This document shows positions 33,691 to 43,381 of a stretch of 64,000 nucleotides of DNA, piece after piece. A program made the translations under genes and the position numbers. The notes below the pieces were generated by a model, which did not search any database, was not told the origin of the DNA, and saw only the letters and a program-made list of their open reading frames with translations. Each line of letters starts with the position of its first letter. The stretch's first letter is position 1. The stretch lies in assembly GCA_963668645.2 (NCBI GenBank), contig CAXXWC010000015.1:96001-160000 (forward strand), read 5' to 3'. The DNA is from Desulfobacterales bacterium (GTDB lineage Bacteria; Desulfobacterota; Desulfobacteria; Desulfobacterales; UBA2174).

Positions 33691-34149
33691 ATGGATGAGC
33701 GAACCATCGAGATGATGCGCCTGGCGGCCCGCGGCTATTCCTGCGCCCAGATCATGGTGCTGCTGGCCTTGGCAGAACGGGGCGAGACCAACCCGGCTCT
33801 TGTGCGCGCCATGGCCGGCCTGGCATACGGCGGCGGCGCGGGCGGCGGCACCTGCGGGGTCCTGGCCGGCGCTTGGTGCCTGATGGGACTATATGCCGGG
33901 CGCGGAAACGATGCAGAACCCGAGGCGCCCCAACTGATGCCGATGCTGCAAGAAATCACCGATTGGTTCGAAAACCGGATCGGCCGAACCCAGGGCGGCA
34001 TCACCTGCATGGCCATCACCGGTGAAGACGGGCCGGCCGCCTCCCGCCAGCGCTGCGGCATGCTCGTCGCCGAGACCTACGCCCGGGTGATGGAAATTCT
34101 GATAGGCAATGGTTTGGATCCGGCCGGTAGTCGAGAATCCGAAACTTGA
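33691..34149 (+). CDS. C-GCAxxG-C-C family protein (DVU_1555-like)
   Basis: GYSCAQ, TCGVLAG, ITC, RCG Cys pattern. Confidence 0.8.
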   Translation: MDERTIEMMRLAARGYSCAQIMVLLALAERGETNPALVRAMAGLAYGGGAGGGTCGVLAGAWCLMGLYAGRGNDAEPEAPQLMPMLQEITDWFENRIGRTQGGITCMAITGEDGPAASRQRCGMLVAETYARVMEILIGNGLDPAGSRESET

Positions 34150-35498
34150 AATCTCAAATCCCGAATCCGGATACCACGAGCGTCTGCCCCGAATGCCTGG
34201 CGCGCATCGATGCGCGCTACGTGCGCAGCGGGCAAGACGTCTATCTGGCCAAGACCTGCCCGGAACACGGTGCTTTCGAGGCCGTCATCTGGCGTGGAAC
34301 GCCGGATTTCGATGCCTGGTGCCGGCCCAAGATTCCCGGCCGGCCGGTCTTTGCCGCACAGGCAACAGTCCACGGCTGCCCCTTGGACTGCGGCCTGTGC
34401 CCCGACCACCTCCAGCGCACCTGCACGGCGGTGATCGACATCACCGGCCGCTGCAACCTCGACTGCCCTTACTGCTTCGCCGATGCTTCCCCGACCGGCA
34501 CCGACCTTTCCCTCGATCAGATCGACCGGATCCTGGCCAGCGTGCGCCGCAGCGCCGGACTGTGCAATATCCAGCTTTCCGGGGGTGAACCCTCCCTGCA
34601 CCCCGACCTGCCGGCCATCGTAAATCAAGTGCGCCGCCACGGGTTCACCTTCGTTCAGCTCAACACCAACGGCCTGGCCCTGGGCCGGGATCCCGGATTT
34701 ACCCGGACCTTGAAAAGGGCCGGTCTCGATTCGATCTTTCTTCAATTCGACGGCCCCAGCGACGCCATCTATCGGCGGTTGCGCGGCCGCCCCCTGCTGG
34801 CGGCCAAGCTGGCGGCCATTGAGGCCTGCGCTGAAGCGGGTATCGGTGTGGTGCTGGTGCCGACCCTGGTGCCGGGGGTCAACACCTCCGACGTGGGCGC
34901 CATTCTCGAATTTGCCGCGGCCCGGGTCCCGGTGGTACGCGGGGTTCATTTCCAGCCGGTGAGCTACTTCGGCCGCTGCCCGGCAGAGCCGGACGACGGC
35001 GACCGGGTCACCCTGCCCGAAGTAATCCGTGCCGTCGAAACACAGAGCGGCGGCCGCTTTCCCGCTTCAGCCTTCCATCCCCCGGGCTGCGAGCACGCCC
35101 GGTGCTCCTTCTCCGGCCAGTTCCTGGTGCTGGAAGGCGCCAGGATCCTGGCCCTCAGCCGCCGCGGATCGTCCTGCTGCGCCCCGGCCAGCGCCGAAGC
35201 CGGCGCCGGCCAGGCCATCGCCTACGTGGCCCGGCAGTGGAAAGCGGCGCCGGATGGTATGGCTGCGGATGTCGGCACATCGGCCCAGCAGCGGCCTTTA
35301 TCCCTCGACGCCTTCTGCGAGCGGGCCAGGACCCATCTTCTTTCCGTGTCGGCCATGGCGTTTCAGGACGTCTGGAACCTCGATCTGGAGCGGCTGCGCG
35401 GCTGCTGCATCCATGCGGCACATCCCGATGGGCGGCTGATCCCCTTTTGCGCCTACAACCTCACCGGTCGCGACGGGCGGCGGTTCTACCGGCCATGA
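34146..35498 (+). CDS. Radical SAM protein, TrsS-like (Cys form)
   Basis: CNLDCPYC; N-terminal SVCPEC, KTCPEHG, CPLDCGLCPDH; C-terminal RLRGCCIH and IPFCAYN. Confidence 0.85.
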   Translation: MKSQIPNPDTTSVCPECLARIDARYVRSGQDVYLAKTCPEHGAFEAVIWRGTPDFDAWCRPKIPGRPVFAAQATVHGCPLDCGLCPDHLQRTCTAVIDITGRCNLDCPYCFADASPTGTDLSLDQIDRILASVRRSAGLCNIQLSGGEPSLHPDLPAIVNQVRRHGFTFVQLNTNGLALGRDPGFTRTLKRAGLDSIFLQFDGPSDAIYRRLRGRPLLAAKLAAIEACAEAGIGVVLVPTLVPGVNTSDVGAILEFAAARVPVVRGVHFQPVSYFGRCPAEPDDGDRVTLPEVIRAVETQSGGRFPASAFHPPGCEHARCSFSGQFLVLEGARILALSRRGSSCCAPASAEAGAGQAIAYVARQWKAAPDGMAADVGTSAQQRPLSLDAFCERARTHLLSVSAMAFQDVWNLDLERLRGCCIHAAHPDGRLIPFCAYNLTGRDGRRFYRP

Positions 35499-36832
35499 CC
35501 CGGTTGCCCGTCACACCGCTTGAGGCCTGGGTCGCCCGACGCCTCCACCTGCCCGCCGGCCTCCGGCCCGGCCCAGATGTCCTGGCGACTTTCCGATTGG
35601 CGGCTCTACGCCGCACCGTGGCCCATGCCCGCGACCGCAGCCCTTTTTACCGGAATCTGCTGCCGGCCCACAGCGCCGCCATCGAGGATATGGCTGCCTT
35701 CGAAAGGCTCCCGTTTACCACGACCGGCGATCTGCGGCAGGACCCGATGGCCTTCTTGTGCCTGTCCCAGGCATCGGTGGCCCGGGTGGTGACCCTCCGG
35801 ACATCGGGCACGACCCGGGAACCCAAACGGATCTTTTTCTCCCGCAACGACCTTGAAAGGACCATCGATTTTTTCCACCATGGCATGACCGGCCTGGTTC
35901 GGCCCGGAGAACGGGTCCTGATCCTTCTCCCGGCAAAACGGCCGGACAGCGTTGGGGATCTGCTGCGCCGGGCTCTGGCACGCATGGACGTCCAAGCGCT
36001 GGTGCCCGCCGATCCGCAGTCCATGGCCCGTGAAACGGCTCGGCACCCCTTTGACGCCGTCGTGGGGATGCCCCTGCAGGTACTGGCAATGGCCCGGCGT
36101 CCGGACCTGTGGACCGGGCCGGAACCGCGCAACGTCTTGCTCACGGGCGATTATGTGCCCCGGGCCGTGGTGGACGTCCTGCGCGCCACATGGAATTGCA
36201 GGGTGTTCCAGCACTACGGCATGACCGAAATGGGCCTCGGCGCAGCGGTGGAATGCGCCGCCATGGACGGCTACCACCTGCGCGAAGCGGATCTGTATAT
36301 CGAAATCGTCGATCCGGATACCGGCTGGTGCCTGCCGGCGGGAAAAACCGGGGAGGTGGTCTTCACCACCTTGAACCGTGAGGCCATGCCACTGGTGCGC
36401 TACCGCACCGGCGATCTGGCCCGGTTCATGGATCGCCCCTGCCCCTGCGGCAGCCTACTGCGGCGCATGGCTCCGGTCCAGGGCCGGCTGGCCGGCCGGG
36501 TCGAACTGGTCCCCGGGCTGGTTCTGACGCTGAAAGAATTTGACGAAGCCCTGCTCCCCCTTGCCGGCGTGCTGGACTTCGAGGCCCGGGTCATGAGAAA
36601 ATCCGCCGTCAACCGCCTGGCCCTGGTGGTCTATGCTGAAGGGGGACCGCCGCAGGACATTCTTTCGCAAAGGATCGAAGCCGCTCTGGCTGCCTTGCCG
36701 GCCTTGAGCCGGGCCTTGACCGCCGGTGCCCTGGTGCTCGACCCCATCCGGATACGTCCCCCATTGACCGCGGCTGCGGCCTGGCCTGCAAAACGCAACC
36801 TCATCGAACAACGGAAAGCCGATTGTCCATGA
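35495..36832 (+). CDS. AMP-dependent CoA ligase, PaaK-like (DVU_1553-like)
   Basis: LPFTT, TSGTT, HYGMTE, MPLVRYRTGD, CPCG; ATGA overlap. Confidence 0.85.
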   Translation: MTRLPVTPLEAWVARRLHLPAGLRPGPDVLATFRLAALRRTVAHARDRSPFYRNLLPAHSAAIEDMAAFERLPFTTTGDLRQDPMAFLCLSQASVARVVTLRTSGTTREPKRIFFSRNDLERTIDFFHHGMTGLVRPGERVLILLPAKRPDSVGDLLRRALARMDVQALVPADPQSMARETARHPFDAVVGMPLQVLAMARRPDLWTGPEPRNVLLTGDYVPRAVVDVLRATWNCRVFQHYGMTEMGLGAAVECAAMDGYHLREADLYIEIVDPDTGWCLPAGKTGEVVFTTLNREAMPLVRYRTGDLARFMDRPCPCGSLLRRMAPVQGRLAGRVELVPGLVLTLKEFDEALLPLAGVLDFEARVMRKSAVNRLALVVYAEGGPPQDILSQRIEAALAALPALSRALTAGALVLDPIRIRPPLTAAAAWPAKRNLIEQRKADCP

Positions 36833-37884
36833 ATCGTGAAATCACCACCGCCATTGAGCGGCATCTGAGCACCGGGCGGCCGTTCGCGATCGCCACCATC
36901 ATCAGCCAGCAGGGATCTACGCCCCGGATGCCCGGCACCAAGATGATCATTGCCGAAAACGGCACCTTCGAGGGCACGGTGGGCGGCGGGATGCTTGAAG
37001 CCGCCGTCATCGACCGGGCCGGCGAAGTGCTGCGAACCGGAATCCCCAAACGGCTGCAATTCAAATTGACCACCGCGGCGCGCGAAACCATGGACATGAT
37101 CTGTGGTGGGGTGGCGGAGGTGCTCATCGAACCCATCGATCCGGCGGCCCCTTCGGGGGCCTGCCTGGAAAGATGGTGCCGCCATTGTGCCACGGGCGGC
37201 AAAGGGGGGCTGCTCACCGTTATCCGGCAGGTGGACGAGGACCGGATTGAGACCGGCCATCTGCTCGTGGGCGACCCTGCGCCGGACCCGGGAAAACGGC
37301 CGCCGGATCTTGAAGCCCTGGCAGCACTGGCCGAAGCGGCCGCCGCCGGATCGCAGACCATGACCGTGGTGGCCACCGGCGAATTGCAAGGGGTGGTGGA
37401 AATCTTCCAGCAGCCCGAGACCCTGTTCATCTTCGGGGCCGGCCATGTTTCCCGGCCCACGGCCCAGATGGCCGCATTGACCGGCTTTCGGGTCGTGGTC
37501 CTGGACGACCGGAGCGAATTCGCCAGCCCGGACCGCTTCCCGGACGCCCACCGGGTCGTGGTGCTGGACGACTATCAGCAGGCCATGGCAGGGCTCGCTG
37601 TGACCGGTCACAGCTTCATCGTCATCGTCACCCGCGGCCACCTGCACGACCAGACCGTCCTGGCACAGGCCCTGCGCACCCAGGCGGCCTATGTCGGCAT
37701 GATCGGCAGCCGCACCAAACGCGAGACCATCTACCACAACCTGCGCCGCCAGGGGTTTAACGATGCCGACCTGGCCCGGGTGTCTTCGCCCATCGGGTTG
37801 GCCATCGGCGCCCGGACCCCCGAAGAGATCGCCGTGAGCATCGTGGCCGAACTGATCCAGCGGCGCAGCGAGATCCGATCATGA
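36829..37884 (+). CDS. xdhC: XdhC-family molybdoenzyme maturation factor
   Basis: GSTPR, GTVGGG, MICGG, FGAGHV, VTRGH, YVGMIGS, PIGL...TPEEIAVSI. Confidence 0.9.
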   Translation: MNREITTAIERHLSTGRPFAIATIISQQGSTPRMPGTKMIIAENGTFEGTVGGGMLEAAVIDRAGEVLRTGIPKRLQFKLTTAARETMDMICGGVAEVLIEPIDPAAPSGACLERWCRHCATGGKGGLLTVIRQVDEDRIETGHLLVGDPAPDPGKRPPDLEALAALAEAAAAGSQTMTVVATGELQGVVEIFQQPETLFIFGAGHVSRPTAQMAALTGFRVVVLDDRSEFASPDRFPDAHRVVVLDDYQQAMAGLAVTGHSFIVIVTRGHLHDQTVLAQALRTQAAYVGMIGSRTKRETIYHNLRRQGFNDADLARVSSPIGLAIGARTPEEIAVSIVAELIQRRSEIRS

Positions 37885-39029
37885 TCCGGGCCGCCGAGGC
37901 CGCCGCCGTCGTTCTGGCGGCCGGTTTCTCACGGCGTATGGGACGGTTCAAGCCCCTGCTGCCCTTGGGCGGCCGCCCCATGATCGCCTGGAGCCTAGAT
38001 CTGTTCACCGGCTGCGGGCTGTCCCAAATCTGCGTGGTAGTCGGACACCGGCACGACGAACTGGTGCCGCTGCTTGCCGCCCGGCGCGTAACCGCTGTGG
38101 TCAACCGCGAGTTCGAGCAGGGCATGTTCTCATCGGTCAAGGCCGGGATCCGCGCCTTGAGCCGGGACTGCCGCGCCTTTTTCGTCCTGCCGGCCGACAT
38201 TCCACTAATCCGGCCGGCCACCATCGACCGGCTGCTCGAAGACTTCGATGCGCCGCGAACCCGGATTGTACTTCCCTGCTTTACCGGCCGAACGGGCCAT
38301 CCGCCCCTTATCGACCGGGACCTGGCGCCGGCGATTTTACAGGCCGAAGAAGCCGGAGGGCTGCGCGCGGCCTTGGGCCGCTGGGCCGCTGACACCCTCG
38401 AAGTCCCGGTGCCGGATCGAGGCATCCTCAACGACGCCGACCGGCATGAGGATTACGAAGCGCTTCAGGCGGCCTGGCGCCGACGCGAAATCCCCGATGC
38501 GGAAGAATGCGCCGCAATACTGGCCCACCGCGGCCCGCAGGCCGAACCCATCGCCCGCCACGGCCGGCAGGTGGCCCGGGTGGCCGCGGCCTTGACCGCG
38601 GCCTTGAAAGAAGCCGGCGTCGAACTGGACGCCGGCCTGATCCGGGCCGCAGCCCTGGTTCACGATCTGGCCAAGGGGACGACCGATCACGCCCGTGCCG
38701 GTGCAAAACGGCTGCATGCCTTGGGCTTTTCGGCCGTGGCCGAGATCGTGGCCTGCCACCACGAAATCCTTATCGAGCCTCAGCGACCCATAACCGCGGC
38801 TGAAGTGGTCTACCTGGCGGATAAAAGGGTGGCCGAGGACCGGCTGGTGGGCCTGAAAGAACGATTTGCAGCGGCCCTGGCGCGCTACGGTGCGCTGCAA
38901 GATGCGAGAATCAATATCCAGCGCCGCCGGGACCAGGCCTTAGCCGTCCAGAACCGCATCGAGGCGGCCATCGGCCGATCGGTCGACGGCCTGCTAAAAG
39001 AGGCATGCAAAACGGAGAGAGTCCCATGA
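37881..39029 (+). CDS. MocA-like NTP transferase fused to an HD domain (DVU_1551-like)
   Basis: LAAGFSRRMG, GMFSS, PADIP, GHPP, then H...VHDLAK...HH...YLADK. Confidence 0.85.
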   Translation: MIRAAEAAAVVLAAGFSRRMGRFKPLLPLGGRPMIAWSLDLFTGCGLSQICVVVGHRHDELVPLLAARRVTAVVNREFEQGMFSSVKAGIRALSRDCRAFFVLPADIPLIRPATIDRLLEDFDAPRTRIVLPCFTGRTGHPPLIDRDLAPAILQAEEAGGLRAALGRWAADTLEVPVPDRGILNDADRHEDYEALQAAWRRREIPDAEECAAILAHRGPQAEPIARHGRQVARVAAALTAALKEAGVELDAGLIRAAALVHDLAKGTTDHARAGAKRLHALGFSAVAEIVACHHEILIEPQRPITAAEVVYLADKRVAEDRLVGLKERFAAALARYGALQDARINIQRRRDQALAVQNRIEAAIGRSVDGLLKEACKTERVP

Positions 39030-39706
39030 CAGCGGATTATCCCGCACCCAAGCGGGTCTACCTGCTGCGCCACGGGCACGTGGAGACCGGCGGCCAAAGG
39101 CGCTACATCGGCTGCACCGATCTGCCTTTAAGCCCCCGGGGCCTGGACCAGGCCCAACGTCTGGCCGGTGGCTTGGCCCGCAGCGGGGCCGGCCGGATCG
39201 TCTCGAGCCATCTGACGCGCGCCATGCAGACCGCCCAAATCATCGCCGCCCCCCTGGGCCTGGCGGTGCAGATCGAACCGTCCCTTAGCGAAATCGACCT
39301 GGGGGCCTGGGAAGGCCGGGAAATGGCGCAGGTGCGCCGGGCCGATCCGGAGGCTTACCGCCGCCGGGGGGAAAATCCGGCCGGATTTCGGCCTCCAGGC
39401 GGAGAATCCTTCCAGGATCTGGCGCATCGCGTGGTGCCGGCCTTTGAACGGATCCTGGCCGGCTCTGTGAACGTTTCGATCATCGTGGCCCACGCCGGTG
39501 TCAACCGGGTCCTTCTCTGCCACCTGCTCTCGATTCCGCTGAACAGACTGTTTCTTCTGGGCCAGGATTACGCTGCGGTAAACCTTATCGAACATCGGGG
39601 TCAAAACCTTGTCGTACGAACCGTCAATGGTTCATGCCCCGCCCTGGACGCCCCGCCGGGCCCGGGCACCGACCCCGATGGCTCTGGAGCCCCCCGATGG
39701 ACCTGA
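39026..39706 (+). CDS. Histidine phosphatase family protein (CobC/GpmB-like)
   Basis: [25 protein letters not shown]. Confidence 0.88.
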   Translation: MTADYPAPKRVYLLRHGHVETGGQRRYIGCTDLPLSPRGLDQAQRLAGGLARSGAGRIVSSHLTRAMQTAQIIAAPLGLAVQIEPSLSEIDLGAWEGREMAQVRRADPEAYRRRGENPAGFRPPGGESFQDLAHRVVPAFERILAGSVNVSIIVAHAGVNRVLLCHLLSIPLNRLFLLGQDYAAVNLIEHRGQNLVVRTVNGSCPALDAPPGPGTDPDGSGAPRWT

Positions 39707-40218
39707 AGATATTCGAAACGATGGATCGGGCCGGGCTGATGGCCTATCTGAAGTTTTTGCTCTGGCACTACCGGGTGGTGGACGCCTTCTGGTTTATCAA
39801 GGTGGCCGAGCGCTTCGACCAACCAACGGCCGAAGCGCTCAACGAAGAGGTGTGGGGCAGGGTGTCCGCCATGGCGGCTGAAGATTTGGCCGAACGCTTC
39901 GAGATTCACGAAAAGGGACTGGCCGGTTTCGTGCGATGCCTGCGCCTCTTTCCCTGGTGCATCCTGGTGGGCTACCACATCGTTCAGACCGAACAGGAAG
40001 TGGTCATCACGGTCCCCTCGTGTCCCACCCAGATGGCGCGCATCCGGCGGGGGCTGGGCGAATACGTCTGCAAGCAGATGCACCGGGCCGAATTCGCCCG
40101 CTTTGCCGCGCAGATCGACCCGCGCATCCGAGTGCACTGCGACTTCGCGCCACCAGATCCGCACCCGGCCGATCTGTTCTGCCGCTGGCGCTTCACCATG
40201 GCCGATGACGGCGATTGA
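39697..40218 (+). CDS. DUF6125-like (V4R-related) protein
   Basis: [38 protein letters not shown]. Confidence 0.7.
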   Translation: MDLKIFETMDRAGLMAYLKFLLWHYRVVDAFWFIKVAERFDQPTAEALNEEVWGRVSAMAAEDLAERFEIHEKGLAGFVRCLRLFPWCILVGYHIVQTEQEVVITVPSCPTQMARIRRGLGEYVCKQMHRAEFARFAAQIDPRIRVHCDFAPPDPHPADLFCRWRFTMADDGD

Positions 40219-40238
40219 AAATCACCTCGGATCGCGGT

Positions 40239-41081
40239 TCATGCCGCTGGCCCGGCTTTTTCGGCCACCGCCTTGAAGAACGTATAGCAAAAGACCCCGT
40301 CGCTTTCAGTGGTCCGGTACAAGGCCCGGATCCCCTCATCGAAGGTCGCCGCATCGATCAGACCGGCGTCCATCGCCGGCTGGCGCACACCCTCGATCAT
40401 CGCGGTAAACGTCTTCTTGGTGAAGCCTTCCACCAGCCCGGGGCGGCTGGCATCGACATACACCATGCGCGGCGACACCCGTACGGCGGCCAGACCGGCC
40501 GCGGTCAGCAGCGGATAGAGCGATCTGCCGATATCGGCATTGCCGCCGGCCCGCCGTTGCAGCTCGACCTGGCACTGGATCGCCCGGCAGGCCGCCGCAC
40601 TGGGCGGATGAAAATAGGCCGATCCGTGATCGCCTTCGATCACGGTGAGGGTCCCGCCCTGCCTGAGAACCTTCTTCAGTCGCCTGAGGGCCTCCACCGG
40701 CTCGGGCAGGTGCTCCAGCACGAAACAGACGAAGACATGATCGAAGGAGCCGGCCGCAAACGGCAGGTCGAAGATATCGGCCTGCTGGAAATGCACGTTG
40801 GAAATGTTTGCACCATGAACTTTGCTGCGGGCTTGTTCCAGTGAACTTTGCGAGATATCGACTGAAACGATATGGGCCTGGGGGCTGTTGCGCGCCAGGG
40901 TGAGGGTCTGCGCCCCCACCCCGCATCCGGCCTCCAGCACCCGGCTGCCCGCCGCATAGACGGTGTCCGAGTGCAGCAGTTCCACCAGGGTCGAAGCCTG
41001 ATCCTGAAGGCGCAGGTTCTCGCGCCGATCGTATCCGTGCACGTAGTCCATGGTCGGTTTGTCGGAGTCCTTGCAGAACAT
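40239..41081 (-). CDS. Class I SAM-dependent methyltransferase
   Basis: YVHGY, LEAGCGVG, FDHVFVCFVLEH, IEGDHGS. Confidence 0.88.
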   Translation of the reverse strand: MFCKDSDKPTMDYVHGYDRRENLRLQDQASTLVELLHSDTVYAAGSRVLEAGCGVGAQTLTLARNSPQAHIVSVDISQSSLEQARSKVHGANISNVHFQQADIFDLPFAAGSFDHVFVCFVLEHLPEPVEALRRLKKVLRQGGTLTVIEGDHGSAYFHPPSAAACRAIQCQVELQRRAGGNADIGRSLYPLLTAAGLAAVRVSPRMVYVDASRPGLVEGFTKKTFTAMIEGVRQPAMDAGLIDAATFDEGIRALYRTTESDGVFCYTFFKAVAEKAGPAA

Positions 41082-41352
41082 AAAAACCCCGCCACTGGTT
41101 TCGGCTGGATTTGCTTTTAGTCTATTGTCCGTCCGGAAATGGTAGATTTTGGTTCCCGGCAAGGCCCGAGCGGGTATTCAACCGGAGACATCGTCCACTA
41201 TTTCGAGGCTTGAAAACGATCCAGGCCGCCGTCAGGGGCCGCAAGATGCCGTTTCCAGACTGGCAATAATCTAAACCGTTTCCATTGACATCGCCACTAG
41301 TTTTTCGTTAATCGTGGCGTTTCACAACTTCCATTCACGCCAGGGAGACAAA

Positions 41353-42990
41353 ATGCAAATCGGCAGTTACGCATACGAAGAATTCAACAAACTGACCGCC
41401 TCCTTTCACGGAAACGCCGCGCCGGGAGTAATCCTCGGCGGCATCATGGTTCAGGAAGGAATCAGGCGCCTGCCCCAGGGCATCCTCTACGATGCGGTCT
41501 GCGAAACGCGCCACTGCCTGCCCGACGCCGTCCAGTTGCTCACCCCCTGCACCACGGGCAACGGCTGGCTCAAGGTTCTGGACCTGGGCCGTTTCGCCTT
41601 GAGCCTGTTCGACAAGTTCAATGGCCAGGGGGTCCGGGTTTTCCTCGACCCCGAACGCGTCGCCGCCTGGCCGGAAGTCCAGAAATGGTACCTGAAACTG
41701 GCGCCCAAGAAGGAACAGGACAAAAATCGGCTCATGGCCCAGATCCGGGAGGCGGGCCCGTCCCTGCTCGGGTTCGAGGAAGTGCACATCAAGGGCTCCT
41801 ATCTGGGCAAACGCTCCCGCGGGGTGATGGTCTTGTGCCCCCTGTGCAAGGAGGGTTACCCGGCCGTAGACGGTGGAATTTGCAAGGCCTGCCAGGGCGA
41901 GTCCCCCTATGAGGAGAAAGGACCGGGTCGGCAGGACGAAGCCGATTTCCCAAACCCGGAATTGGTGGCCGCGCCCGTTGAAATGGCGTTAGGCCGTCAC
42001 GTCCTGCACGACATGACCCGCATCATCCCCGGGACCCACAAAGGACCGGAGTTCGTCAAAGACCAGGTGATCAGCGCCGGCGACCTGTGCCGGTTGCATC
42101 AGATGGGCCGCCATCAGGTCTACCTGGCCGAGGATAATGCCCCCGGACCTGAATGGGTCCATGAGAACGAGGTGGCCCTGGCCTTTGCCACGGCTATGGC
42201 CGGACCGGGAGTCGCCTTTGCCACCCCCCCGAGGGAAGGCAAGATCAGCCTCGTATCGGCCGTCGCCGGCCTCCTGGTGGTGGATGAAGCACGCCTGACC
42301 ACCTTCAACCTCCTGCCCGGGGTGATGTGCGCCTCGCGTCACAGCTACAGCACGATGGCAAAAAACCGGGTGGTGGCCGGTACCCGTGCCATTCCCCTCT
42401 ATCTGGCCCGGGAGGCGTTCGAGAAGGCCATGCAGCTTCTGGCCGACGGCCCCCTGTTCAAGGTCCTGCCCATCCGGCCCCTGGAGGTCGGGATCCTGGT
42501 TACCGGCACCGAGGTATTCCTCGGCACGGTGGAAGACCGCTTCATTCCCATCATCCAGAACAAGGTCGAAGCTTACGGCTGCCGGGTGGCAAAGGCCACG
42601 GTGGTTCCCGACGACCGCGAGGCGATTCGCCGGGGCGTGGAGGATCTGCTGCATGCCGGAGCCCGCCTGGTGGTGACCACCGCCGGCCTGTCGGTGGACC
42701 CGGATGATGTGACCCGTCAGGGGTTGCAAGAGGCCGGGGCCGTCGACATGCGCTACGGCGCGCCGATCCTGCCCGGCGCCATGACCCTGCTGGCCCGCAT
42801 CGGCCAGGTACCGCTGATCGGGGTTCCGGCCTGCGCCCTCTATTTCAAGCGCACCAGCTTCGATCTGCTCCTGCCCCGGCTCCTGGCCGGTGTGGCGGTC
42901 ACCCGCCACGATCTTGCACGCATGGCCAACGGCGCCCTGTGCCAGGAATGCCAGACCTGCTCCTTTCCCAAATGCGGATTCGGCAAATAG
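41353..42990 (+). CDS. FmdE domain / zinc finger / molybdopterin-binding domain fusion
   Basis: FHGNAAPG, CLPDAVQLLTPCT, CPLCKE...CKAC, then a C-terminal region paralogous to 26588..27613. Confidence 0.85.
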   Translation: MQIGSYAYEEFNKLTASFHGNAAPGVILGGIMVQEGIRRLPQGILYDAVCETRHCLPDAVQLLTPCTTGNGWLKVLDLGRFALSLFDKFNGQGVRVFLDPERVAAWPEVQKWYLKLAPKKEQDKNRLMAQIREAGPSLLGFEEVHIKGSYLGKRSRGVMVLCPLCKEGYPAVDGGICKACQGESPYEEKGPGRQDEADFPNPELVAAPVEMALGRHVLHDMTRIIPGTHKGPEFVKDQVISAGDLCRLHQMGRHQVYLAEDNAPGPEWVHENEVALAFATAMAGPGVAFATPPREGKISLVSAVAGLLVVDEARLTTFNLLPGVMCASRHSYSTMAKNRVVAGTRAIPLYLAREAFEKAMQLLADGPLFKVLPIRPLEVGILVTGTEVFLGTVEDRFIPIIQNKVEAYGCRVAKATVVPDDREAIRRGVEDLLHAGARLVVTTAGLSVDPDDVTRQGLQEAGAVDMRYGAPILPGAMTLLARIGQVPLIGVPACALYFKRTSFDLLLPRLLAGVAVTRHDLARMANGALCQECQTCSFPKCGFGK

Positions 42991-43069
42991 CAAGAATAGA
43001 TGCCTCATCGGATTGAGAACGGAGAACCGGCCCCCGATCAGCCCTATACAAGAAAGGGTGGACCGATTT

Positions 43070-43087
43070 TATGTCATTGTTGACATA
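43070..43087. promoter_or_regulatory. Palindromic operator candidate TATGTCA-N4-TGACATA
   Basis: Perfect 7-bp inverted repeat immediately upstream of a GGAGG RBS and the ModE-like remnant. Confidence 0.6.
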
Positions 43088-43096
43088 TATCGGAGG

Positions 43097-43349
43097 AAGT
43101 ACTCGCACCGGGCCGCCTGGGGCAAGATAAGGGCAACCGAAACGGCCATCGGGGAAAATCATCCAACGCAGCGGCCACCGGCGCGACGGGCATGAACTGA
43201 CCGATTTGGGCAGGCATCTCAAGGACAGCTTCAATCATTGGTTCGACGCGGTCGAACGCTACGCCCTGCAATCGGCCGAACAATCCTTCCCATGGTCCCT
43301 GCAGCGGTTTCCCGCCTCCCGGGACAACGCGTCGGCCGCCCCCCCCTGA
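43097..43349 (+). pseudogene. Truncated, frameshifted ModE-like regulator
   Basis: SHRAAWGKIRATETAIG / KIIQRSGHRRDGHELTDLGRHLKDSF matches SYRAVWGRIKATEERLG... of 25802..26176. N-terminus absent; frameshift in GGGGAAAA at 43151-43158. Confidence 0.7.
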
Positions 43350-43381
43350 TACTGCTGCAAAGCAGGCTCGACAACCGCTGC

